A stretch of DNA of 61,768 bases, filler included. It is 9 parts of 9 records of this genome, joined end to end, with 100 filler letters (N's around TTAATTAATTAA, not from the genome) between each part and the next. Parts side by side here need not be neighbours in the genome. Positions count along the whole stretch, not along the records: positions 35,243 to 42,017 come from SRR31156797_49947; positions 42,118 to 47,452 come from SRR31156797_49959; positions 47,553 to 55,506 come from SRR31156797_49997; 6 more parts are not named here. One strand, written 5' to 3'. The notes under the pieces are model-generated. The model saw nothing but the letters and a program-made list of their open reading frames with translations, was not told the DNA's origin and did not search any database. Position 1 is the stretch's first letter. Every line of letters begins with the position of its first letter. A program made the position numbers and the translations under genes. Shown in pieces: positions 39,607-50,891 of this stretch.

Positions 39607-40800
39607 ATGCCCGGTTTTGAAATATTTGGGGATGAAGAGCGAAAAGAGGTGCAGGATGTTCTCGATTCCGGCGTTTTGTTTCGATACGGTTTTGACCAGG
39701 CCCGAAATAACCATTGGAAGGTAAAAACCTTCGAAAAAGAGCTGGCCGGGAAAATCGGGTCAGGCTATTGCCATCTCTGTTCCAGTGGAACGGCGGCCCT
39801 TTCCATCGCCTTGGCTGCCTGCGGCGTTGGGGTGGGCCATGAAGTCATTGTTCCTCCCTTCACCTTTGTGGCCACTGTGGAGGCGGTGATGTCGGCGGGT
39901 GCGGTACCGGTCTTTGCCGACATTGATGAAACCCTGTGTCTCGACCCCCAATCCCTTGAAAAGGCGATGACCCCGCGCACCAAGGCGGTGCTGGTGGTGC
40001 ATATGTGCGGTTCAATGGCTGAAATAGATCGGATCAGGGCCTTTTGCGAACAAAAAGGTATCATTTTAGTGGAGGATGCCTGCCAGGCCCTTGGGGGCGC
40101 ATTTCATGGAAAGCATTTAGGAACATTCGGTAAGGTGGGCTGCTTTTCTTTTGATCCCGTTAAAACCGTCACTTGCGGGGAGGGGGGCGGGCTTGTCACC
40201 GACGACCCCGAAATCTATAAGATTGCCGATGCCTATGGGGACCACGGCCATGATCATGTGGGCAACGACCGGGGCGCCGAAGGGCATCCCATCATGGGAT
40301 TGAACTACCGAATCAGCGAATTGAACGCGGCGGTGGGGCTGGCCCAGTTGAGAAAACTGGACCGGATGCTGGATATCCAGCGGGCCCACAAAGGGGAACT
40401 GAAAGAAGCCCTGGGACGGATTCCGGGGCTGGAATTCAGGGAAATCCCTGATGAAAAAGGGGATTCCGCTACATTTCTCACATTTTTTCTGCCGGATGAA
40501 ACCCTTGCCGCAAAAGCATCGGATGAGCTTGCCGCTGCCGGGGTGGACGGATGTTTCTACTGGTATCGCAACAATTGGCACTATATCCGCCAGTGGGACC
40601 ATATCCTTGGGCTGAAATCGGCGGCGCCGCTCCCCCTGACCCTTTTTGAAACCCGTCCCGACTATGAGAATATGGACCTGGCCCAATCGGACACCATCAT
40701 GCGGAGGACCATCTCCATGCTCATCAAGCTTTCATGGACCCAAGATGAGATTGATCAACGGATCGACAGGATGACGGCTGTTTTGCGCCCATATTTCTGA
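39607..40800 (+). CDS. kdnA: 8-amino-3,8-dideoxy-manno-octulosonate transaminase KdnA-like (DegT family)
   Basis: MPGFEIFG start, SFDPVKT (PLP Lys), DHGHDH..DRGAE.HP, CFYWY.NNWHY, TISMLIKLSW, recalled from Shewanella KdnA; paired with kdnB. Confidence 0.85.
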   Translation: MPGFEIFGDEERKEVQDVLDSGVLFRYGFDQARNNHWKVKTFEKELAGKIGSGYCHLCSSGTAALSIALAACGVGVGHEVIVPPFTFVATVEAVMSAGAVPVFADIDETLCLDPQSLEKAMTPRTKAVLVVHMCGSMAEIDRIRAFCEQKGIILVEDACQALGGAFHGKHLGTFGKVGCFSFDPVKTVTCGEGGGLVTDDPEIYKIADAYGDHGHDHVGNDRGAEGHPIMGLNYRISELNAAVGLAQLRKLDRMLDIQRAHKGELKEALGRIPGLEFREIPDEKGDSATFLTFFLPDETLAAKASDELAAAGVDGCFYWYRNNWHYIRQWDHILGLKSAAPLPLTLFETRPDYENMDLAQSDTIMRRTISMLIKLSWTQDEIDQRIDRMTAVLRPYF

Positions 40801-40845
40801 TCCACGAACGGAAGTCAAAAGCTAACGGCTAATAGCTTAAATTAG

Positions 40846-41937
<1,092 letters not shown>

Positions 41938-42017
41938 ACGCTTTTTCCAAGTGCTTCTGATATTTTGAACCTAAAATCTGCAAGCGCCTCTTTTGCCGAA
42001 GATACAAGGCAGCAAGC

Positions 42018-42117
42018 NNNNNNNNNNNNNNNNNNNNNNNNNNNNNNNNNNNNNNNNNNNNTTAATTAATTAANNNNNNNNNNNNNNNNNNNNNNNNNNN
42101 NNNNNNNNNNNNNNNNN
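42018..42117. other. artificial contig spacer
   Basis: N44-TTAATTAATTAA-N44. Confidence 0.98.
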
Positions 42118-42118
42118 G

Positions 42119-42217
42119 GCCGCTGCCACCCGGATCTGGAGGGATTTGGCCCCATCCCTGGACGAAGTCTGGAAAGAAGGCTTCACCCTGATCCGCAAGG
42201 GATGGGACGCGGCCTGA
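42119..42217 (+). CDS. C-terminal fragment of a probable D-tagatose/psicose 3-epimerase-family protein
   Basis: AAATRIWRDLAPSLDEVWKEGFTLIRKGWDAA*; the IWRDL motif is typical of that family; absent from the ORF track. Confidence 0.5.
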   Translation, partial: AAATRIWRDLAPSLDEVWKEGFTLIRKGWDAA

Positions 42218-42222
42218 CGTTT

Positions 42223-42269
42223 AAAAAAGGAAAACCCCCTGTCTTTGCCTGGAAAAGAAGGGGTTTTCC
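42223..42269 (-). terminator. intrinsic terminator of the xyl operon (possibly bidirectional)
   Basis: minus strand GGAAAACCCC..GGGGTTTTCC-TTTTTT between convergent genes. Confidence 0.7.
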
Positions 42270-42294
42270 GCTATGTTCAAGGTATTGGTCCCTT

Positions 42295-43290
42295 CTATTC
42301 GGTGGCAAAGGCTTCGTCAAACCCACGACCGGACGGCGGAAAATCGATCCCTTTCACAAAATCAACGGCCTCTTGGGCCCCGGCTTCACGATCCATGGCG
42401 GCATCTTCCCACTCCACCGACAAAGGACCATCGTAGCCGATTTCGTTCAGGGCCCGAATAATCTCTTCAAAATCAACCTCCCCCCTGCCCAGGGATCGAA
42501 AATCCCATCCCCGTCCCGGCTGACCGAAGTCCAAATAACTCCCCAGGATACCGGAGACGCCGTCAAGGGTCACCTGGACGTCCTTCATGTGCACATGGTA
42601 GATGCGATCGGGGAAGGTTCGAATGAATTTAACGGGATCGATCCCCTGCCACAACAGATGGCTGGGATCAAAATTGAAACCGAAAGCCTCCCGCCTTCCG
42701 ATGGCCTCAAGCGCGCGCTCGGCCGTAATGATATCAAAGGCGATCTCGGTGGGGTGGACTTCCAGGGCGAACTTGACGCCGTTTTCGTCAAAAACATCCA
42801 GGATGGGGTGCCACATGTGACTGAAATATTTGAACCCCTCTTCAATCCGGTTTTTGCCCACCGCCGGAAATGAATAGATCAGATGCCAGATGGAAGACCC
42901 CGTGAACCCGTTCACGACGTTTATGCCCATGTTCCCGGCCGCAACGGCAGTCTGTTTCATGGTTTCCACGGCCCAGGCCCTTTTCTTCTCCGCATGGCCC
43001 GCACACGCTTCGGGGGCGAAGGCATCGGATCTTTCGTCGTTGTTAAGGTCACAGACCAGTTGTCCCGCAAGGTGATGGGAAACGGCATAAACATCCAGAT
43101 TGTTTTCTTGTAGGATCCTTTTTTGATTGTCACAGTAACCAGGGTCCGCGGCCCCTTTTGCAGGATCAAAATGATCGCCCCAACAGGCCAATTCAAGTCC
43201 GTTATATCCCCACTTGTCAGCTTTTTCAGCCAACTCCGTCAGTGGAAGGTCCGCCCATTGGCCGGTGAACAGGGTGACGGGTCTCGCCAT
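42295..43290 (-). CDS. sugar phosphate isomerase/epimerase (xylose isomerase-like TIM barrel)
   Basis: MARPVTLFTGQWADL, FALEVHPTEIAFD, NFDPSHL, IYHVHMKD, LSVEWED. Confidence 0.88.
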   Translation of the reverse strand: MARPVTLFTGQWADLPLTELAEKADKWGYNGLELACWGDHFDPAKGAADPGYCDNQKRILQENNLDVYAVSHHLAGQLVCDLNNDERSDAFAPEACAGHAEKKRAWAVETMKQTAVAAGNMGINVVNGFTGSSIWHLIYSFPAVGKNRIEEGFKYFSHMWHPILDVFDENGVKFALEVHPTEIAFDIITAERALEAIGRREAFGFNFDPSHLLWQGIDPVKFIRTFPDRIYHVHMKDVQVTLDGVSGILGSYLDFGQPGRGWDFRSLGRGEVDFEEIIRALNEIGYDGPLSVEWEDAAMDREAGAQEAVDFVKGIDFPPSGRGFDEAFATE

Positions 43291-43322
43291 GATCATACCT
43301 CCTTTTTAGATGGATTGGAAAA

Positions 43323-44489
43323 TCATTGATAACGCTTCATCGCATACCACTTCTGATCGCTTTTGCTGCTTTCCACGGCGGATTCGATAAAGGCCATTCC
43401 CCTGGCCCCGTCCACAACGGTGGCGAAATCCGATTCCAAGGCCGTGGGTTCATTGCCGAGCATTCTTGCCCTGATGGTATCGGTCGCATTAAGGTAGATA
43501 TTGGCAAAGGCCTCAATAAAGGCCTCAGGGTGACCGGGCGGAAGGCGGGTCGCCCTCTGGGCCGCCTCGCACAGATAACCGTTCCCCCTCCTGTAAAGCT
43601 CGGCAGGTCCGTCATTGGTCCTGAACCAGAGATTATTGGGTTCCTCCTGATGCCATTCAAGAGCCCCTTTGGTTCCGTATACGCGGATCCTCAAATTGTT
43701 CTCATCTCCCGCCGAGAACTGGGACGCATATAGAATGCCGCAGACGTCTTTTTCAAGGTGCAGCAATATATTTCCGTCATTGTCGAGGGGACGATTCAAG
43801 ATGCTTTTCAAATCCGCACACATCTCTTTTATCTCAAGGCCCGTTATATAGTGGGCCAGATTCTCGCAGTGGGAACCGATATCCCCCATGCAATTGGAAA
43901 CGCCCGACCGCTCGGGATCCGTTCTCCAGGATGCCTGCTTTTGATCTTCTTTTTCAAGGGGGGTCAGCAGCCACCCCTGGGGGTACTCCACCACAAATTT
44001 CAGGATATGGCCGATTTCACCGTTATTAACCATATGTCGCGCCTGCTTGACCATGGGGTAACCGATGTAATTGTGGGTCAAAGCAAAGACGATTCCTGAT
44101 TTTTGGACGATTTGAACCAGCTCTTTTGCCTGGGCCAATGAATAGGTCATGGGTTTATCGCAAATCACATGGATCCCCGCCTCGGCAAAGGCCTTTGCTA
44201 TGGGGAAGTGCATGTGATTGGGGGTGACGATGGAGACGAAATCGATTCTTTCCCCTTCGGGTAATTGAGATTCCTTTTCCAGCATCTCCTGCCAGGCGCC
44301 GTATGATCTTTCCTCGGGAAGCAACAGCTCGCGGGCGGACACCTTTGCTTTTTCAGGATTGGAAGAGAGGGCGCCGGCAACAAATTCCACCCGCCCGTCC
44401 ATCAGGGCGGCGCTTCGATGCACGGAACCGATAAACGCATCATTTCCGCCGCCCACCATCCCCATTCTCAGTTTTCTGTTGAGTCCCAT
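43323..44489 (-). CDS. Gfo/Idh/MocA-family oxidoreductase
   Basis: MGMVGGG..FIG.VH, IVTPNHMH, HVICDKP, GDIGSH, PPGHPEAFIEAFANIY. Confidence 0.9.
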   Translation of the reverse strand: MGLNRKLRMGMVGGGNDAFIGSVHRSAALMDGRVEFVAGALSSNPEKAKVSARELLLPEERSYGAWQEMLEKESQLPEGERIDFVSIVTPNHMHFPIAKAFAEAGIHVICDKPMTYSLAQAKELVQIVQKSGIVFALTHNYIGYPMVKQARHMVNNGEIGHILKFVVEYPQGWLLTPLEKEDQKQASWRTDPERSGVSNCMGDIGSHCENLAHYITGLEIKEMCADLKSILNRPLDNDGNILLHLEKDVCGILYASQFSAGDENNLRIRVYGTKGALEWHQEEPNNLWFRTNDGPAELYRRGNGYLCEAAQRATRLPPGHPEAFIEAFANIYLNATDTIRARMLGNEPTALESDFATVVDGARGMAFIESAVESSKSDQKWYAMKRYQ

Positions 44490-45982
44490 AGTCTCTCCTT
44501 TAATTGCGTATAGCGTTCGTAAATACCGGCATATTGAAATACGTTGGAATTCTCGGGCAGAACCCGTGAGTCTTCATCCAATGAAACAAAATCATCCGTG
44601 AGTTCCTTTAGAGAAACACCCCCTTCTCTTTCCGTGAGATAGCACCACATGGACTGAAGCGCGGCGCCCATTGCGCCCGCCTCGTCGGATTTCGGACGAA
44701 CCACGGGGAGATCCAATATATCCGCCGCCATCCGGCGCCAGAGTCCGCTCCTGGCGCCGCCCCCCACAAGACGGATTTCGGCGGGTTCTATTCCCTGGGC
44801 CATGAGCACTTCAAGGCCATAACGCAACCCCAGGGTTGCCCCTTCCATGGAAGCGCGACAGAGGTTCTCAGGGGTGTAGTTTACGCTTGTGAGACCCAAA
44901 AAAGAGGCAGTGGCATTGGGCAGCGGGGGCGTTCTCTCCCCGTTGAAATAGGGGAGCAGAATAATGCCATCGGATCCCATGGGCGCATCGGAGGCCTTTT
45001 CATTCAACTCCTTCAGATTAAGGCCGAGCACCGCTCTTGTGAGTTCGGTGGCAACCGTTACGTTCATGGTACATACCAGCGGCAGCCAGCCGCCGCTGCT
45101 GGAACAGAAAGCGGCCAGCTCCCCATGGGGGTCAACAACCGCATGGTTTGTGAAGGCGTAAATGGTACCGGAGGTCCCGAGGCTAACGGTAACGACGCCG
45201 GGGGTGACGTTCCCGGTTCCGATGGCCCCCATCATGTTGTCCCCCCCGCCCGAAGAGACCAGAACATGGGGCGAAAGGCCGAAACCTTCGGCAATGGGGG
45301 ACCTGATGGTCCCCACCGGTTCTTCCGACCGTATCAGCTCCGGCAGGCAACTTTCCAGTTTCCCGGAATCATCAATGGCGTGGAGGATCGCTTTCGACCA
45401 TGATCTTGTTTTAACATCAAAGTAGGCCGTGCCGGAAGCATCGCCGAATTCCGTCTTTTTCTCTCCGGTCAGCCAGTAGTTGATGTAATCATGGGGGAGC
45501 AGGATTGTTTCCAGGCGATCATAATTTTGCGGTTCGCGCTGTTTCATCCAGAGGATTTTAGAAGCGGTGAATCCCGCGGCCACTGAATTGCCCATAAGCG
45601 CGATGACCTTGTCCCGGCCACCGACCTTTGAGGTGATCTCATGGCATTGTGGCGCGGTCTCCGTATCACACCACAGTTTTGCCGGTCGGATCACCTCTCC
45701 CCGACCGTCAAGGGGTACAAACCCGTGCTGTTGGCCGGAGACACCGATGGCGCGGATATGCTCCCTTTTAACACCCTCTCCCCGTAAAACTTCATGAAGC
45801 GCATGGGTGCAGGCATCTATCCACCAGTTGGGTTCCTGCTCCCGTCCACCGGCGTTGTTTTCGATGATACGGTGCGACACGGATGCCTCGGCCATGATTT
45901 TTCCCCGTCCGGGACTGAACACAACGGCTTTTGTTCCCTGGGTGCCGCTATCGATCCCTAAAAACAACTGATCTTCCCGCAT
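44468..45982 (-). CDS. xylB: xylulokinase
   Basis: LGIDSGTQGTK, GVSGQQHG, AKLWCDT, GGGDNMMGAIGTG, LPYFNGERTP; directly downstream of xylA. Confidence 0.92.
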   Translation of the reverse strand: MREDQLFLGIDSGTQGTKAVVFSPGRGKIMAEASVSHRIIENNAGGREQEPNWWIDACTHALHEVLRGEGVKREHIRAIGVSGQQHGFVPLDGRGEVIRPAKLWCDTETAPQCHEITSKVGGRDKVIALMGNSVAAGFTASKILWMKQREPQNYDRLETILLPHDYINYWLTGEKKTEFGDASGTAYFDVKTRSWSKAILHAIDDSGKLESCLPELIRSEEPVGTIRSPIAEGFGLSPHVLVSSGGGDNMMGAIGTGNVTPGVVTVSLGTSGTIYAFTNHAVVDPHGELAAFCSSSGGWLPLVCTMNVTVATELTRAVLGLNLKELNEKASDAPMGSDGIILLPYFNGERTPPLPNATASFLGLTSVNYTPENLCRASMEGATLGLRYGLEVLMAQGIEPAEIRLVGGGARSGLWRRMAADILDLPVVRPKSDEAGAMGAALQSMWCYLTEREGGVSLKELTDDFVSLDEDSRVLPENSNVFQYAGIYERYTQLKERLWDSTEN

Positions 45983-46002
45983 GCCGGATCCTTATGATAT
46001 GT

Positions 46003-47316
46003 TCAGAAATAAGACATGAAAATACTTTCAAGCATCTCCTGGCGGCCGCTCCTGGGAACAGGTTCACCTCTTTCCATAATCCATTTCTCAAGGGTTTCAA
46101 AAGTCGCCCCTCCCGACATGATCTCCTTTCCCATGCCTTCGGAGTAGCTTGCATAACGCTCTTCCATGAAATTAGCCAGGACACCATCCTCCATGATTTC
46201 ATGGGCGGCCAAGAGGCCCCTGGCAAAGGCATCCATGCTGCTGATATGGGCGTAAAAGAGATCGACGGGATCAAAGGAGCCTCTCCGTGGTTTTGCATCA
46301 AAGTTCAGCCCCCCCCTTCCTAAGCCCCCCTGGGCCAGCACCACCCACATGGCCCTGGCGCACATGGCGGGATCCGTGGAGAATTGATCCGTGTCCCACC
46401 CCAAAAGGGTGTCGCCCGCATTTGCGTCGATACTTCCCAGTTTTCCGTTCATGGAGGCCAGGGTCAAATCGTGTTCAAACAGGTGGCCTGCCAGGGTCGC
46501 ATGATTCGCTTCGATGTTCAACTTGAAATGGTCCCACAGGTCATGGGCCCTTAGGAAACCCAAAACCGTGGCGGCATCGAAATCGTACTGATGTTTGGTA
46601 GGCTCCTTCGGTTTGGGCTCGATCAAAAACTGCCCGTCAAACCCGATCTGTTTGGCATAATCCACCGCCATATGGAAAAACCGGGCCATTTGCGCCTGCT
46701 CCCTTTTCATATCCGTATTGAGCAGGGTCTCATACCCTTCCCTGCCTCCCCAAAACACATAATTTGCGCCGCCCAGTTCCTTTGTGGCCGCAATGGCGTG
46801 TTTCACCTGGGCCGCCGCATGGGCAAACACGTGGGCGTCCGGGTTGGTGGCCGCGCCGTGGGCGTAGCGGGGATGAGAAAATAGATTTGCGGTCCCCCAG
46901 AGGAGTTGGATCCCCGTGTCATCCTGCAACTGTTTGGCCTTTTCAACCATGGTTTCAAGGTTCCGGCAGGATTCGGAAAAGGTTTCCCCCTCGGGGGCCA
47001 GATCCCGGTCGTGAAAACAGTAATGGGAAACACCCAGTTTTTGTGCAAACTCGAACGCGGCCCGCAAGGTATCCTCGGCTTGCGCCATTGGCGTCCCCCC
47101 CCGGTCCCAGGATCTGTCAAAGGTTCCGGCCCCGAAAGGATCAGCGCCCGTGCCCCTGAAGGTATGCCAGTAGGCCACGGAGAATCTGAAATGATCTTCC
47201 ATGGATTTTTGTCCGACCACTCTCTTCGGCTCATAGTACTTAAAAGCGAGGGGGTTTTTCGAATCCGCCCCTTCATAGGGAATTCCATCTTGAATTTCAG
47301 GAAAGAATTCTTTCAT
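46003..47316 (-). CDS. xylA: xylose isomerase (class II)
   Basis: [59 protein letters not shown]. Confidence 0.96.
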   Translation of the reverse strand: MKEFFPEIQDGIPYEGADSKNPLAFKYYEPKRVVGQKSMEDHFRFSVAYWHTFRGTGADPFGAGTFDRSWDRGGTPMAQAEDTLRAAFEFAQKLGVSHYCFHDRDLAPEGETFSESCRNLETMVEKAKQLQDDTGIQLLWGTANLFSHPRYAHGAATNPDAHVFAHAAAQVKHAIAATKELGGANYVFWGGREGYETLLNTDMKREQAQMARFFHMAVDYAKQIGFDGQFLIEPKPKEPTKHQYDFDAATVLGFLRAHDLWDHFKLNIEANHATLAGHLFEHDLTLASMNGKLGSIDANAGDTLLGWDTDQFSTDPAMCARAMWVVLAQGGLGRGGLNFDAKPRRGSFDPVDLFYAHISSMDAFARGLLAAHEIMEDGVLANFMEERYASYSEGMGKEIMSGGATFETLEKWIMERGEPVPRSGRQEMLESIFMSYF

Positions 47317-47452
47317 CTTTAACTCCTTACTGTGTTTGCATAAGAGATAAGGACTTGCTTTTTATGGGGGAAACCGTACCGAAAATCCCCATGGGGGTCA
47401 AGGGAAAAGGAGAGGAAAATGGGGAAAATGGGGACGTTCTTGATATATTGAC

Positions 47453-47552
47453 NNNNNNNNNNNNNNNNNNNNNNNNNNNNNNNNNNNNNNNNNNNNTTAA
47501 TTAATTAANNNNNNNNNNNNNNNNNNNNNNNNNNNNNNNNNNNNNNNNNNNN
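47453..47552. other. artificial contig spacer
   Basis: N44-TTAATTAATTAA-N44. Confidence 0.98.
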
Positions 47553-47728
47553 TCCCCGTCCTTCACCTTGCGGGAAAGCTTGATCTCCTTCCCGTCGATT
47601 AAAAGCCTGAGCTTGCGGCTCTCGAACTGACTGCGCTTCATAAACCCCAGTCCCGAGAGATAACGATCCGCCCGCACGCTCTCCCCTCCGGGGAGGCTCA
47701 CTGTAAACTCCTGACTCTCTTTATTCAC
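47553..47728 (-). CDS. probable RluA/RluD pseudouridine synthase, S4-like N-terminus (3' truncated)
   Basis: RADRYLS..RSQ..IDGK..KLSRKVKDG S4-like pattern. Confidence 0.6.
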
Positions 47729-48200
47729 TATAATCTCCCGGCCGAGCGTAGGAGTATCCCCTCTCGGCCTTCTCTTTTTTCTTTTCTTTTATCCTGCCGA
47801 TAATAAAATCCGCAGTTGCCACGCACAGGGAGATGCCCGCCGACGTGATCAGAAGCATCTCCAGATCGTCCTGTCCCTTCTCCGAATAGAGGGAGAATTG
47901 CTCGCCGTTCCCCTGGGAGGTCTGTACGATCTCAAAGGTCATGGAACTCAGGATATAGGTAAGGGGGAAGGCGCCGAAGGCGATCACCTCGAAACGCCTG
48001 AGATCATGGGCCCAGCCGGGAAACTCTTCATCCTCATAGGGAACAGGCAGGTCCTCCACCGACTCCTCCGCGCTCAGCCCCTGGAGAGTAGAAAACAGGG
48101 CGAAGAGCAGAAGCAGGGCTACCAGGCGACGATTCAGAAGCGCCCCCCGAAGATGGCGCTCCCCACTCTCAGGAGGGTGGAGCCTTCCATAATCGCCCAC
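47721..48200 (-). CDS. hypothetical membrane protein (spirochaete-type)
   Basis: signal-like segment then PVPYEDEEFPGWAHDLRRFEVIAFGAFP and 2 TM; the real start is probably near 48137 at the yggS stop. Confidence 0.6.
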   Translation of the reverse strand: MGDYGRLHPPESGERHLRGALLNRRLVALLLLFALFSTLQGLSAEESVEDLPVPYEDEEFPGWAHDLRRFEVIAFGAFPLTYILSSMTFEIVQTSQGNGEQFSLYSEKGQDDLEMLLITSAGISLCVATADFIIGRIKEKKKEKAERGYSYARPGDYSE

Positions 48201-48820
48201 TCGTAATCCGAGGACATGCCCATGGAAAGGGTTGAATAGTCCTGATCGGGATAGAGGGAGACAAGCCTTTCCCGCAGCCTCCGGCAGCGGGCGAAGGCCC
48301 CTCTGACAACGGCTTCCTCATCCGTAAAGGGCGCGATGGTCATCAGGCCGTTCACCACAAGGGCGTCCTGCTCTCTCAGCCTTCCGGCCAGTTCAACCAG
48401 GGCGTCCTCCGTTTCCAGGCCCGTCTTGCCGCCCTCATCGGCGGTCTTCAGCTGCAAAAGCACCCTCAGAGTGGTATCGTTTTCTTTGCAGTATCGTATC
48501 AGTCTGCCTGCGAGGGCCTCGGAATCCAGGGACTGGAGGCAGTGGAAGGTCCGGACGGCCTGCTTCGCCTTGTTCTTCTGAAGATGACCGATCAGGTGGA
48601 CCTCTGCATCCGAAGGGAGCTCGGCAAATTTCTCGGCGGCTTCGGCCACGCGGTTTTCACCGAAGAGCCTCTGCCCGGCCTCGTAGGCCTCGCGGATCAT
48701 CCGGGCCGGCTTGGTCTTGCTCACCGCCATAAGCGCTATATCGGAAGGGCTCCTGCCGGCCTTTTCAGCGGCGCGGTCGACGGACTCCCTGACTCTCTCA
48801 AGATTTTCAATAATACTCAT
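48134..48820 (-). CDS. yggS: PLP homeostasis protein YggS
   Basis: LMAVSKT, FGENRV, HLIGHLQKNK, GLMTIAP, LSMGMSSDY, RVGSAIFG. Confidence 0.95.
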   Translation of the reverse strand: MSIIENLERVRESVDRAAEKAGRSPSDIALMAVSKTKPARMIREAYEAGQRLFGENRVAEAAEKFAELPSDAEVHLIGHLQKNKAKQAVRTFHCLQSLDSEALAGRLIRYCKENDTTLRVLLQLKTADEGGKTGLETEDALVELAGRLREQDALVVNGLMTIAPFTDEEAVVRGAFARCRRLRERLVSLYPDQDYSTLSMGMSSDYEWAIMEGSTLLRVGSAIFGGRF

Positions 48821-48950
48821 ACCTCATAATCTAACACGGCCCGGCCTCTTACGGAAAGGGATGCGCGAAAGCCGCCTATGCCGCATCAATGCGATGGAGT
48901 ACGGGGCCCCTTAGTCATTGATAAATGGCAAGCTTTGTATTGACTAAAGA

Positions 48951-48970
48951 GTTAACCAGGTTTACGCTTA
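48951..48970 (+). promoter_or_regulatory. putative MarR operator 1 overlapping the marR promoter
   Basis: GTTAACCAGGTTTACGCTTA just after TTGACT (48940-48945); 19/20 identical to operator 2. Confidence 0.75.
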
Positions 48971-48974
48971 GTGT

Positions 48975-49427
48975 ATGTTCAATCAGAAGGCTATCGGACT
49001 CATAGATAATTTCTATGGATTTCTTCATAAAATAATGAAGAAGTCGTCCTTTAAAGATAGATTTGGAACGGATACTGACATATCTACTTCCGAGATACAT
49101 ATTCTTGATATAATAGGCAGAAGGGAAGACGCGTCCATATCTGAAATAGCCTCCATTTACGAAGTGAGCAAGGCTTCTATATCAAAGACAATCGATAAAC
49201 TTGTAAAGAAAGGTCTCGTTGTTAAATCTTTGTCTCCAGAGAATCAGAGTAGAAAGATGGTCAGGCTGACATCGAAAGGGGTAACGGCCTTCGACACTCA
49301 TATAAAATACCATAAAGCACAACATTCCAGAATTCTGGACTATTTAAACGGTTTGTCTGAAGAGGACATAGAGCTCATCAATCGATTCATCGATATGAGC
49401 AAAGAGATGTTTTACGAGCATATATGA
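48975..49427 (+). CDS. MarR-family transcriptional regulator
   Basis: SEIHILDIIG..SISEIA..VSKASISKTIDKLVKKGLV..LTSKG. Confidence 0.9.
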   Translation: MFNQKAIGLIDNFYGFLHKIMKKSSFKDRFGTDTDISTSEIHILDIIGRREDASISEIASIYEVSKASISKTIDKLVKKGLVVKSLSPENQSRKMVRLTSKGVTAFDTHIKYHKAQHSRILDYLNGLSEEDIELINRFIDMSKEMFYEHI

Positions 49428-49445
49428 TTTTTTTATATTCCAAGT

Positions 49446-49465
49446 GTTAACCAGGTTAACGCTTA
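49446..49465 (+). promoter_or_regulatory. putative MarR operator 2 upstream of the MATE gene
   Basis: palindrome GTTAACC-A-GGTTAAC followed by GCTTA. Confidence 0.75.
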
Positions 49466-49479
49466 TAGAAGGAGATGTA

Positions 49480-50817
49480 ATGAAAGACAAGAATTATACG
49501 ATGAGCGAAGAAAAGGTCAGCCGAGCCCTGCTGAAGTTCGGAACCCCGGCGACGATATCTTTGCTTGTTGTGGCGATTTACAATGTGGTGGATGCCGTAT
49601 TTGTAGGCAGACTGGGTACTGCGGAGATCGGAGCGGTAACAATTATTTTTCCCGTCAGCGTCATAGTCATCGGTATCGGGCTTACATTGGGAACGGGGGC
49701 CTCATCTTACATATCGCGACTGCTCGGGGCGAAGGATACAGACAAAGCGGACGATATCTTGAACTTTTCCGTTCTTTCAGCTTTTCTGATTACCCTGGGT
49801 TTCGTTGTCCCGGCCTTATTCAAGCTGGAAGAGATCCTGTATTTTTTCGGTTCTACGGAATTGATTCTGAAGCCCGCCAAGGAATACTCTTTTATTTTTT
49901 TGCTCGGATCCTTTTTTAATGTGCAGAATATAATGCTGTCATATCTGATGAGGGCGGAAGGAGCCATGAAACGCAGTCTTTTTGCCGTTTCAATCGGAGC
50001 CGTTTTGAATATCGCTTTAGATCCGATCTTCATCTATGTTCTTGATTTCGGTATTGCCGGAGCCGCAACCGCCACTGTAATATCCCAGTTCATCAGTACG
50101 ATTTATATTTTCAGTTTTTACCTGAGCCGGAGAAGCATACTTTCAATCCGGGTTGAACGATTCAATCTCGACAGAAGGATCGGGGCGGAAGTATTCAAGA
50201 TAGGATTACCCTCGTTTATATTTCAGGTGCTAACCAGCATCACGATGGGAATGATCAACAATGCCGCCGCGGCATATGGCGAAGCGGCGATAGCCTCTAT
50301 CGGAATCGTAAACCGTATCTATATTCTCGCGACATATGTTGTTTTCGGCTTCTCTAAAGGCTTCCAGCCCCTTGCCGGTTACAGCTTCGGCGCCCGAAAC
50401 TACGCAAGACTCAAGGAATTGAAGAACACCTTTTTCCGTTGGTCTCTGATCTTCTGCTTAGCAGTCACTGTACTAGAGATTTTATTTGCGAGGCCTCTCG
50501 TTTCAATTTTCACGAGGGATCCGGATGTCCTGGCCCTCGGCTCCCATGCTCTGAAAATATACTTGATCCTTTTTCCGTTCTTTGCCTATCAGAATACTTA
50601 TTTCACCCTGTTCATCTCCCTTGGCAGGGGCAGGGAAAGCATGATCTTAAGCCTGGCTAGACAGGGTTTGTTTACGATACCACTCATTCTGATACTACCG
50701 AATCGATTCGGCTTTGACGGATTGATCGCCGTTCAGCCGATTGCCGACGCCCTGACTCTCATTTTGACTTTTGCGGCTTCATTCAACTACAAGAAAATGA
50801 TCGCCCAATCGGCTTGA
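49480..50817 (+). CDS. MATE-family efflux transporter (MepA-like)
   Basis: AAGGAG SD before ATG 49480; IYNVVDAVFVG, RAEG, LNIALDPIFI..GIAGAATATVISQ, QPLAGYSFGA. Confidence 0.93.
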   Translation: MKDKNYTMSEEKVSRALLKFGTPATISLLVVAIYNVVDAVFVGRLGTAEIGAVTIIFPVSVIVIGIGLTLGTGASSYISRLLGAKDTDKADDILNFSVLSAFLITLGFVVPALFKLEEILYFFGSTELILKPAKEYSFIFLLGSFFNVQNIMLSYLMRAEGAMKRSLFAVSIGAVLNIALDPIFIYVLDFGIAGAATATVISQFISTIYIFSFYLSRRSILSIRVERFNLDRRIGAEVFKIGLPSFIFQVLTSITMGMINNAAAAYGEAAIASIGIVNRIYILATYVVFGFSKGFQPLAGYSFGARNYARLKELKNTFFRWSLIFCLAVTVLEILFARPLVSIFTRDPDVLALGSHALKIYLILFPFFAYQNTYFTLFISLGRGRESMILSLARQGLFTIPLILILPNRFGFDGLIAVQPIADALTLILTFAASFNYKKMIAQSA

Positions 50818-50891
50818 GATGCCGATTCCGCCGCCTGTGTCCACAGAGCCTCTGCTTTCTTTCGGATATGAGATGCCCAATCCCGCCCGGC

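Noticed and set aside
47415-47452. GGAAAATGGGGAAAATGGGGACGTTCTTG at the contig end as a possible mobile element terminus
   Set aside because: Only a short duplicated motif is visible before the break, with no transposase or partner end
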